A DNA stretch of 54,952 nt from positions 1 to 54,952 of IMG/VR virus record IMGVR_UViG_3300031269_000018. The stretch is one strand, 5' to 3'. This DNA is from a virus. Taxonomy: Duplodnaviria; Caudoviricetes. The notes under the pieces are model-generated. The model made no database searches and was not told the origin of the DNA. It saw only the letters and a list, made by a program, of their open reading frames with translations. A program made the translations under genes and the position numbers. Positions 10,375-18,119 of this stretch are shown one piece after another; the first letter of the stretch is position 1; each line of letters opens with the position of its first letter.

Positions 10375-11316
10375 TTATACGATCTCCATGTAACCATTTT
10401 CTATAAGTTGTTTGTCCGTCCACTTTTGCGCTATAAACGCATCGTAGCCAAGACCATTTGCTTTTTGTGTCATTACTTTTTTAGGTTGAGGAACTGGTGG
10501 TGCTTCCTCTTCTGGAACTGGTGGTGCTTCTTGCTCGTGCAGTGGAAGTTGGCGCACATCAATCTCTTGCTCTGCGGGTGCAAGTTCCATAATATTACGA
10601 CTAGGCAGTGCCAGTTGCACATCATCGCTTTCGCTTTTAGCAATCATGTTGTCAGCGTCAGCTTCTGATAAGAAACTCACAGGAGCAAATTCAAGCTGAG
10701 GATGTGTCGCGTCAGTAAATGTCACTTTCGTAACCACAATCTGCGGAGGGCATTTTTGCTTTGCAAGTAAACGCCCGTAGCCTGAAAGTGCTTTTAAACT
10801 GGTAGCAGGTACTCTAAGGACCATCGGAGACTCATCCATCTGGTGAGCTTCAACGATAAATAGGTTTTTAACGTCAGCACAGGCTTTTCCTTTTGTTGGA
10901 GTGCCTGATGCATCTGTACCCGATCCAAATGCGTTCTTAGGGCATTCTGCACAGCTTCTGACGCCTTTGGGGATCATAGTTGACTGAGCATCTGGTTTGA
11001 TACCATTTGAACTAAAGCAATCTGGCAACGTAAACTCTGCGTTCTCACTGTAGTTTGAGTTATACCATGCTTTTGAAACGCCTTGTTGTGGGTCCGTAGC
11101 AAGTATGATGCATTTCAATGCAGTTCCCATTGGATAGACGTACTCTTTGTCTTCCTTCATGTATCTAAATTGCTTGCCTTTAATCGACATCTTAGGTAGC
11201 GATGCAAATCCTGTAACCATGCCTGCCGCATCGTTGGATTTATCAACGTACTTTGCTATATGAGCAGGTTTATCCGAACCGCCACCTGTATCAAAAATTG
11301 ATATCTCATTTGACAT
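10375..11316 (-). CDS. Conserved phage replication-module protein, putative ssDNA-binding/recombination protein with Cys cluster
   Basis: PDCFS..CAECPKNAFGS..GKAC..LRVPATSLK pattern; acidic/Pro tail; near SNF2 helicase. Confidence 0.55.
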   Translation of the reverse strand: MSNEISIFDTGGGSDKPAHIAKYVDKSNDAAGMVTGFASLPKMSIKGKQFRYMKEDKEYVYPMGTALKCIILATDPQQGVSKAWYNSNYSENAEFTLPDCFSSNGIKPDAQSTMIPKGVRSCAECPKNAFGSGTDASGTPTKGKACADVKNLFIVEAHQMDESPMVLRVPATSLKALSGYGRLLAKQKCPPQIVVTKVTFTDATHPQLEFAPVSFLSEADADNMIAKSESDDVQLALPSRNIMELAPAEQEIDVRQLPLHEQEAPPVPEEEAPPVPQPKKVMTQKANGLGYDAFIAQKWTDKQLIENGYMEIV

Positions 11317-11615
11317 TATAATCTAACTCCAAAAAAGTGATATTGTGCATCTACTGAGAGTCGTGACTTCTTAGAAATGCCTCTTACTTGACGCTTGCCT
11401 GTGCGTTTATTTTCAAATACACCGTAGCCCAGTTCATCACGTTCGACAAACGACCACTTATCCTTATCGCGTTGTACGTATTTACTGGGCGCTCGACGGG
11501 TACGTATTCTATTCATCGTATCGGTTAAGAATCTAGGCTGCGTTCCATCTAGGCTTAAGTCATTATGCCCCAGTCCATCTGCCATCGACATTGCTAAATC
11601 TGATTTATTCATCAT
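11316..11615 (-). CDS. Hypothetical protein
   Basis: 99 aa, AGAGG RBS, coupled to next gene. Confidence 0.65.
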   Translation of the reverse strand: MMNKSDLAMSMADGLGHNDLSLDGTQPRFLTDTMNRIRTRRAPSKYVQRDKDKWSFVERDELGYGVFENKRTGKRQVRGISKKSRLSVDAQYHFFGVRL

Positions 11616-11626
11616 GATAACCTCTA

Positions 11627-12130
11627 TTATTTCTTAGCGGTGGATTTGCGGATTTGCACTGCCTGTTCGGTAGTGTATACAATTCCAGGTGGCATGATCC
11701 CCTCGTTGGAGTTCATGAAGTCTTTACAGTTTGTTTTACTTGCAGATAACGTAATCAAATCAAAAGCACCTGATCCTGCCAGTTTATCTACATGTTCTTT
11801 TAAATCGCTTTCTCCGTCTGGCTGCCATTGTCCTTTTTCCGTTTTGTATATGTAGCCTTGTAGATTAAGAAGCATTGTTTCTGCAAGGAAGAACTTAAAC
11901 TCTTCTTTTTCCTTGATAGATACAAAATCTTTAGTCGTAATGAAAGCAGTTCCAAACTCTCCTTTAAGACTGTCCATTCCAGTTCGATCAATTTCTTTCT
12001 TTAAAAATGATTCAATTAAGTCCAGCTGCTTGGTAAGCGGAGCTATTTTTTCTTTCGCATCTCTGTTTACTTTCTCAATGGTAGACCGTATTTTTAAGTA
12101 CACTTCAATTGCTTGGTTAGCGGTGGTCAC
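11627..12130 (-). CDS. Conserved phage hypothetical protein (N-terminal coiled coil)
   Basis: 167 aa, AAGGAG RBS, GTG start. Confidence 0.75.
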   Translation of the reverse strand: MTTANQAIEVYLKIRSTIEKVNRDAKEKIAPLTKQLDLIESFLKKEIDRTGMDSLKGEFGTAFITTKDFVSIKEKEEFKFFLAETMLLNLQGYIYKTEKGQWQPDGESDLKEHVDKLAGSGAFDLITLSASKTNCKDFMNSNEGIMPPGIVYTTEQAVQIRKSTAKK

Positions 12131-12167
12131 TTTTCATCTCCTTTGTTGTCTTGCCAGTAATGATAAC

Positions 12168-13748
12168 TTACTTCTTAATCATGTCAAGTAGTAATCCTTG
12201 CATTTTTTCTTTTTTATCGAGCCTGTTATACACCGCTCGCTCAATATCAGAGCAGTATAGATGTTTAATATACTGTTTGCGTTCTTGACCTGGGCGAGAA
12301 ATACGTCCGTTGGCTTGCTCATATATCTCAAAATCATCTACCGGACCCCACCAAGTAATAACGTTAGTCGCAGTCAATGTTAGTCCATGCGCCATCGCTG
12401 CCGGGTGAGCTACAATAATATTTAAATCACCGTCTTGAAAATCACCAAATATTACATCGCGCTGCGCTTTTGGAACGTCTCCATTTATAACGCCATACGT
12501 AATATCACTGTGATTTTTTTGAATATGTTCTGTAATGACTGGGATAGTATTTTTAAAAGGTGCAAATATAATTAACTTGTTGCCTGACTCTTCGATAATA
12601 ATCGATAGCTCATCTGTCTTAGGCTTACAGTTTAATTTTGATATTGTTCCGTTATCGTGATAGATCGCTCCACAGGCCAGTTGCAGTAATTTTATTAACT
12701 TGGCTCCTTCGTTGACTGCGGTGATGATGCCTTGCTGCAGCTCTGCTATGAAGTTTTTCTTAAGCCCTTCATAAGCCGTTATCTGTTCTTTGGACATCTC
12801 AACACAATGATCCACTGTCATTGCTGGTGGCAAGTCAACACACTCGTCACGCTGGAACCGGATGCTGGGTTTTAAGCTTGAGTAAACAATGTCTTCCCAT
12901 CCTTTCATCGGCACGTACTTAAACATATTTATCTTGTACATGGTCTGATCTCGGAACCGACTAAAATACTTTGGAACCGTTTCAGGATTGACGATTTTTG
13001 CTTGTGCCCAGGCGTCAGTAGGTGCTTTGGGCATCGGTGATCCTGTCATCCATACCAATCTTTTCATAACATCTTTATTTGCAATAGCGTTTAATGCCTG
13101 CCACAGGCCTGTTTTATGGTTCCTGAATCTGGCTCCTTCATCCACAATAACCATGTCAAATGACATTTCGATAAGTCGTTCACTCTCAGTTTTCAGGCCT
13201 TCATGGTTGATGATGTAGAACTCTTTTGATAGATCGGAAAGCAGTTTCTTACGCCTAGACGCAGCACCGTGAATAACACTCGCTGTTCGATAAGGCATGT
13301 TGCTGAATATCTCTTCAAACCATACCCGATCAAGTGTTGATAATGTGGATGTGATCAGAACTCGCTTTATGAGCCCTTTTGACATTAGATAGTCAGCAGC
13401 CCAAAGAGCTGTCAGTGTCTTGGCGGTTCCAATACCGTTAAATACAAAATTACGTTTGTTTAAAACGATGAAATTAAATGTATGAGGCTGGTGGTCAAAT
13501 GGTTTGGGATATTTACTTGGCCAATGGTATTCAAAGTAAGCCGGGCATTTAACTTGGATCCCTGCATTAGCTAATCTTTCACACATATCCATGTCCCAGT
13601 TACAGATCATGTAGTCTCTCATTTTATACTGAACTGGCTTTCTCTTGCGATCATCAAAACTAATCGCCATGCATTTATTAAGTGGTACTAACATGCATTT
13701 GCGATGACGGATCACAATCACGCTGTTGTCGTACAGTTTATCTGTCAC
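12168..13748 (-). CDS. SNF2-family (SF2) helicase
   Basis: GIGTAKT motif I, IVDEGA motif II, MTGSP motif III, HGLTLT, QANGRISRPGQ motif VI. Confidence 0.93.
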   Translation of the reverse strand: MTDKLYDNSVIVIRHRKCMLVPLNKCMAISFDDRKRKPVQYKMRDYMICNWDMDMCERLANAGIQVKCPAYFEYHWPSKYPKPFDHQPHTFNFIVLNKRNFVFNGIGTAKTLTALWAADYLMSKGLIKRVLITSTLSTLDRVWFEEIFSNMPYRTASVIHGAASRRKKLLSDLSKEFYIINHEGLKTESERLIEMSFDMVIVDEGARFRNHKTGLWQALNAIANKDVMKRLVWMTGSPMPKAPTDAWAQAKIVNPETVPKYFSRFRDQTMYKINMFKYVPMKGWEDIVYSSLKPSIRFQRDECVDLPPAMTVDHCVEMSKEQITAYEGLKKNFIAELQQGIITAVNEGAKLIKLLQLACGAIYHDNGTISKLNCKPKTDELSIIIEESGNKLIIFAPFKNTIPVITEHIQKNHSDITYGVINGDVPKAQRDVIFGDFQDGDLNIIVAHPAAMAHGLTLTATNVITWWGPVDDFEIYEQANGRISRPGQERKQYIKHLYCSDIERAVYNRLDKKEKMQGLLLDMIKK

Positions 13749-13763
13749 AATTTAAACCTCTTT

Positions 13764-14039
13764 TTAACCAGCTATAAATGAAGCAACAACAACACCGCGT
13801 TCTTTACTTATTGCCTTTCCGAGCAGAGTCACTTTTAAAGTACCTACCTGAGTTAGTGATATCCAAGATTCAAGGATATAATACGTATCTGTAGTGATAG
13901 AATCCGTATCTTCAGGGACTATGCTTTTGGTGGAAGGGTGTATGTTTCTTGCGTCATCCTCACTTGTTGCAGCTACAACTGCCGATTTATACTGGTCATA
14001 ATCAATCGTATCGGTACGTTCTATTAAATATAAATTCAA
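13764..14039 (-). CDS. Conserved phage hypothetical protein
   Basis: 91 aa, YD.Y.SAVVAA.SEDDAR.IHP pattern; overlaps upstream stop. Confidence 0.7.
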   Translation of the reverse strand: MNLYLIERTDTIDYDQYKSAVVAATSEDDARNIHPSTKSIVPEDTDSITTDTYYILESWISLTQVGTLKVTLLGKAISKERGVVVASFIAG

Positions 14040-14383
14040 AATCTAAACCTCTTCTTTATAATGTGTTCGACTCGTGCGACATCCTCTTTTGAATTTGCTA
14101 CCTGGCCTATCGCACCTGAAGCAACTATGGACGCTATATTAAGTGTTTGAAGTCCATGAAGCTCGCCATGTGGTTTCTTTGACTCAATGCCGACAAACAT
14201 GCCAAAAGTCTCCCCAACCATATCTTGAGTGATTGTCACCGGGACGCTCGCAATATGATCAGGAATTCCTTTCGTGCCATAACCTGCAAACGGCATTATC
14301 TGGTATACATCGTCAGATAAGCCGCCTAGCATTTTCTTGACTGCTTTTTTGGTTTCGCCTTCAAGTGGTTCTTTAACTCCCAT
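14036..14383 (-). CDS. VRR-NUC-like (PD-(D/E)XK) nuclease
   Basis: GIPD...FVGIESK...LQ motif; typical partner of SNF2 helicase in phages. Confidence 0.75.
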   Translation of the reverse strand: MGVKEPLEGETKKAVKKMLGGLSDDVYQIMPFAGYGTKGIPDHIASVPVTITQDMVGETFGMFVGIESKKPHGELHGLQTLNIASIVASGAIGQVANSKEDVARVEHIIKKRFRF

Positions 14384-14558
14384 GTAGCGATTGGTTCCAG
14401 TAGCCTACAACTAAATGAGCGTTTCCAAACATAGGCAAGACCTCAGATCGGTTTTTTACTGGTAACGATGATACACGCCACCAGTTATTTATAAGTACGA
14501 TGTGAGGCTTTCCAGTGACTTTAGGAGTAATCGTTATGTTGCTTGTATATCTACGCAT
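14373..14558 (-). CDS. Hypothetical protein
   Basis: 61 aa, overlaps both neighbours by a few nt. Confidence 0.55.
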   Translation of the reverse strand: MRRYTSNITITPKVTGKPHIVLINNWWRVSSLPVKNRSEVLPMFGNAHLVVGYWNQSLHGS

Positions 14559-15105
14559 GGATCCGCTTCCTGCATTCTGCTAACTGCGCTATCTGAGCGT
14601 GACAGTCAGCCAAGGCATTGTGAACAACAGTGCCTTTTGGAACACCGCACTCTTTCATTAGCGTTCTAAGCTCACGTTTGTTCCGAAATGACCAAGGTAG
14701 TTGCATTGGGTGTTTACTAGATGCAATTAAATTTTCGAGTAGTTTAAAATCAAAGTCACCTTTTGACCACCAGGCTTCGATGTTGTACTTCTGTGTGAAA
14801 AAAGTACTGGCAAGAAATGAGTGAAAATAATCGAGATCCATCACACTCGGATCGTTTAACGATCGTTGCAAATTATCTGGTATGTTTAAATGGAATGTCA
14901 ATGTGCTTTCAGAGATCGTTCGACCTGCATTTATCTGCTCTTGGATCTCTAGGTTTATCTGCCGCGAAAAAATAGGTGTGTGGTCTGCATCAAACAGCAC
15001 AACAGCTACTTGAAATATAACTGCGGTTTCGGTTGTATCAAGTGTTTCGATATCAACCATTGCTTCACAGGCCATAATGTCTTTACTTAATTCAGTCATA
15101 TCCAT
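14551..15105 (-). CDS. DEDDh 3'-5' exonuclease
   Basis: VDIETL, GDFD, HNALADC motifs. Confidence 0.85.
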   Translation of the reverse strand: MDMTELSKDIMACEAMVDIETLDTTETAVIFQVAVVLFDADHTPIFSRQINLEIQEQINAGRTISESTLTFHLNIPDNLQRSLNDPSVMDLDYFHSFLASTFFTQKYNIEAWWSKGDFDFKLLENLIASSKHPMQLPWSFRNKRELRTLMKECGVPKGTVVHNALADCHAQIAQLAECRKRIHA

Positions 15106-15131
15106 TTTATTCTCCAGTTAGTTGAACGTAA

Positions 15132-15161
15132 ACAATAGTCGTACTTAACAAAGATGTCAAG
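15132..15161 (-). promoter_or_regulatory. sigma70 promoter overlapped by 18-bp palindromic operator
   Basis: TTGACA-17-TATTGT on minus; CTTAACAAAGATGTCAAG at 15144-15161. Confidence 0.75.
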
Positions 15162-15867
15162 TACTTTTATGCTCGCATTGATCTTCTCTTGCTTCGCACC
15201 ATCCGCAAAGATGATTCGGTTTTGCAGGCCAGTTCCCCGACTCATTGCACATTTGAATTAACTCTTGGCGATCACCAAAGTCTTGCCATATTGCCTCCAT
15301 GTCTTTACGAGAATATTCAGCGTAAGTAGGTGATGTGTTTTCGTGCTCGCACCATACATAAGCAGTCAGAACTCGATTGACTTTTTTATATTTTGAAAGA
15401 ACCGCACCTGCAAACAATTTAAGCTGGTCGCTATGCTGTTTTACTTTTCCAGTCTTCCAGTCAATGACCAATGCAAAGTCACCGACTATAATAAGCGCAT
15501 CAAGTACGACTCTACACCACGCTTTTTTATCGAACCAACTGACCTCATGCATGCGGATATCAAATGTCACCTGGAGTTCAGGTAGCACTGTATTTGCTTT
15601 GCGCATCTTATCGAGCAGCGGCATCAAGAAGTCCAGTTTTACAGAGAACGTTTCAGGTCCGTTTATTTCAGGCACTGGGAATGGGATCTTTGTACCATCG
15701 CGCAAGTAGTCCTCTAATACTTTATGCACCGCCTTACCTTTTTTAAAGTGAGCAGCTTCAAAGTTAGGTTTTGGAAATACTTTGCCAACGTTATTTCCCC
15801 AAAAACGCTTAGGGCATTGCTCAAACATACTCAGTCGGCTCCAACTCCATGCTATCGGTTTACTCAT
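15157..15867 (-). CDS. PD-(D/E)XK Cas4/RecB-like exonuclease
   Basis: WSWSRL..F..CP, LD..VIDWKTGK, QL, C-terminal CGWC...C. Confidence 0.85.
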   Translation of the reverse strand: MSKPIAWSWSRLSMFEQCPKRFWGNNVGKVFPKPNFEAAHFKKGKAVHKVLEDYLRDGTKIPFPVPEINGPETFSVKLDFLMPLLDKMRKANTVLPELQVTFDIRMHEVSWFDKKAWCRVVLDALIIVGDFALVIDWKTGKVKQHSDQLKLFAGAVLSKYKKVNRVLTAYVWCEHENTSPTYAEYSRKDMEAIWQDFGDRQELIQMCNESGNWPAKPNHLCGWCEAREDQCEHKST

Positions 15868-15897
15868 TTTTACTCTCCAGGGTTATTTTCATAAATG

Positions 15898-16071
15898 TTA
15901 ATCCTTAATTTTCAGGCCCATGCGTACCATTTTTTGTATTACATGTAACTTTTTACGCTTTGGAAATTCAAGTGCAATTAGATCCGTTTTCATTCCTGAT
16001 TGACGAAGTTTAAATAGTTTTTTGGTGTCTTCGTCTGACCAGTTTGTTTGTCCTCTTCTACTTCTCAGCAT
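15898..16071 (-). CDS. Small Myb/GcrA-like HTH protein, 57 aa (missing from ORF track)
   Basis: MLRSRRGQTNWSDEDTKKLFKLRQSGMKTDLIALEF...; TAATG coupling to MTase stop; fills the gap. Confidence 0.7.
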   Translation of the reverse strand: MLRSRRGQTNWSDEDTKKLFKLRQSGMKTDLIALEFPKRKKLHVIQKMVRMGLKIKD

Positions 16072-18116
16072 TATAATTTCCTAAAGTCGACGTAAGTGTC
16101 TCGGATGTTCTGATTAAGTCCCCATGGTGTGAATATGTAAACGCAACATGCAAACTTAGGTCCTTGCGGCTTGCCGTCTTTATCGACAAACCCAGAACCG
16201 TCAGGCCGCAGAAACTTCATTCTATAGGGCATATGGATCACAGTGTCAGCAAGTGCTCTCGCATTGCGTGTATAATCTGTCTCAGGTTTATCAGGCACAA
16301 GCAACGCTGTTAGGCTGCACCCTTTCATCGCCTCCTTAGCAGCTTTTAAAACCCACGGCTTTATATCGCTGTATGGAGGGTTGCAGAAATTTGCTGTCGG
16401 AGACCATGGCAATTTAAAAGCATCCTCACTTCGTTCCGCTAGTGAATAGTACTCACCGCATTTAGCTGTTCTCTTTAGCGCACAGACATCCAATCTAAAT
16501 GAGATACGCAAGTACTTTTCAAGTGCTTTTACGAACTCAGGCGGTGTCTGAGCGAGATCTTTTTCTTCTTCCGGTGTATTGCTGTTGTTGTTTTCCAATT
16601 GCGGCTCCTTGTATTGGTCTATGTTTGGGATCTGATTGAAAATGTGAGCGATAACGTCAATAGTCCAACCGTTACCAAACATTTTATATAATTGCGAGTT
16701 GCTTATACCGGCGCTTAACAACGTGTCTAAAATGTCCTCTGGTATTGTTTGAAGTCTGCCGCATTCGCGGGGTGTTAGTTTGCGGTAGTGAATGTTTTTA
16801 AGGCATTCGCTTTTTATAGAAAGTTTATTGTTATGTTCCCAACTATTTGCGCTTAATGTAGGGGTTTTACCGTCTAGCGCCTTTTCACCTCCTTTATTAA
16901 AACCTCGAGGTGTTTGTTGTATTGATACTTTAGATTCTTCTATTAATAAATTCCCAGCTCCAGCAGTGCCCCCAGATTGAGATGATAAAGCTATCGACTT
17001 TCCAAATTTTGAATAAACCCTATTACCTTGACCCCCGCCTTTAAATTCATGCACTCTTATTGGCGCGTTACTCGAATTATCTATTGATACTTTAGGCTCT
17101 AAGTTGCCCCCTGTTGCCGCTGCTAATGTTGGTGCTTTACCATTCGGTGAATAAATACGTTTATTGTAATCATGCCCTTTAATGTCTGATGCAGTGGCTA
17201 CTCTTTGTATAACAAAATTGTCTTTTTGAACCGTTGTAAGTGAGTTTGTTTTATCGTCTTTCCTAACTTCAAATTGCTGTTGTATTTTACCGTTATCGTT
17301 ATATCTTCCGCGTTGTGCTACGCATTTAACCTCTAAATAATTATATGGAACGCCTTTGTGCATGTTAGCAGTGAGACAAAATGATTTTTCTTTATCTTCT
17401 GATTGGGTACATCTATCAGCCCTACGCGCACCGGCTTGTTGCCACTTTTCATTGCCTTGTTGCATGTAATTAATTGCGCTATCAGTGTGAAAAAAAGAAC
17501 TTTCAACCTCACTTTCAAGAATGTCTTTTAACACAATTCCCTTATCTTTCGGTTGCTCAACGCCCCAATTACACCAGTAATAACGCTGCCTGTTTTGTGC
17601 GCTAACTAATGCGCTGTTGATAAAGACAGGCTCTACACCGATTGCATTACTAATTAAGTCCAAAAAGTCTTTTTTCATCTTCACGTTTTCAAGGAAGAAC
17701 CTAATGTTAGGGTTGACTAACTTGATATGGTCTAGCAATAAAATATATTCCCAAAACAGATAAGACTGACTTAAAAACTCTGCACCTGCTAATTTCAACT
17801 CAAGGTACTTTTCTCTGCTATCAACAACTATTTTTTCACCGTTTAGTATTGCAGCAGTGCCAGCCATTTTTCCGGCCATTGAGAAACCCTGGCACGGTGA
17901 ACCACCAATGAATAAATCAATCGTTGACCAGTTAATTAACCATTTGCGCCACTTAGTTATATTGCCCATTTGTATGGTTTTAGGGAATACCGCTATAGTT
18001 CCTTGTATAGCGTACTTATTAATCTCACTTGCATAGTATTTAGCGGGTTTTATCCCCATTACTTTTAATGCGGTTTGGCCGCCTGAATGACCGTCGAACG
18101 CTGCAAACACATTCAT
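16071..18116 (-). CDS. Fused DNA methyltransferase: C5-cytosine MTase with expanded variable region + C-terminal phage Dam-type N6-adenine MTase
   Basis: FDG, GSPCQGFS, ENV, QNRQRYYW, RKLTPREC, GNGW (C5); QTP, LDVCA, NPPY (phage Dam). Confidence 0.9.
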   Translation of the reverse strand: MNVFAAFDGHSGGQTALKVMGIKPAKYYASEINKYAIQGTIAVFPKTIQMGNITKWRKWLINWSTIDLFIGGSPCQGFSMAGKMAGTAAILNGEKIVVDSREKYLELKLAGAEFLSQSYLFWEYILLLDHIKLVNPNIRFFLENVKMKKDFLDLISNAIGVEPVFINSALVSAQNRQRYYWCNWGVEQPKDKGIVLKDILESEVESSFFHTDSAINYMQQGNEKWQQAGARRADRCTQSEDKEKSFCLTANMHKGVPYNYLEVKCVAQRGRYNDNGKIQQQFEVRKDDKTNSLTTVQKDNFVIQRVATASDIKGHDYNKRIYSPNGKAPTLAAATGGNLEPKVSIDNSSNAPIRVHEFKGGGQGNRVYSKFGKSIALSSQSGGTAGAGNLLIEESKVSIQQTPRGFNKGGEKALDGKTPTLSANSWEHNNKLSIKSECLKNIHYRKLTPRECGRLQTIPEDILDTLLSAGISNSQLYKMFGNGWTIDVIAHIFNQIPNIDQYKEPQLENNNSNTPEEEKDLAQTPPEFVKALEKYLRISFRLDVCALKRTAKCGEYYSLAERSEDAFKLPWSPTANFCNPPYSDIKPWVLKAAKEAMKGCSLTALLVPDKPETDYTRNARALADTVIHMPYRMKFLRPDGSGFVDKDGKPQGPKFACCVYIFTPWGLNQNIRDTYVDFRKL

Positions 18117-18119
18117 GGA

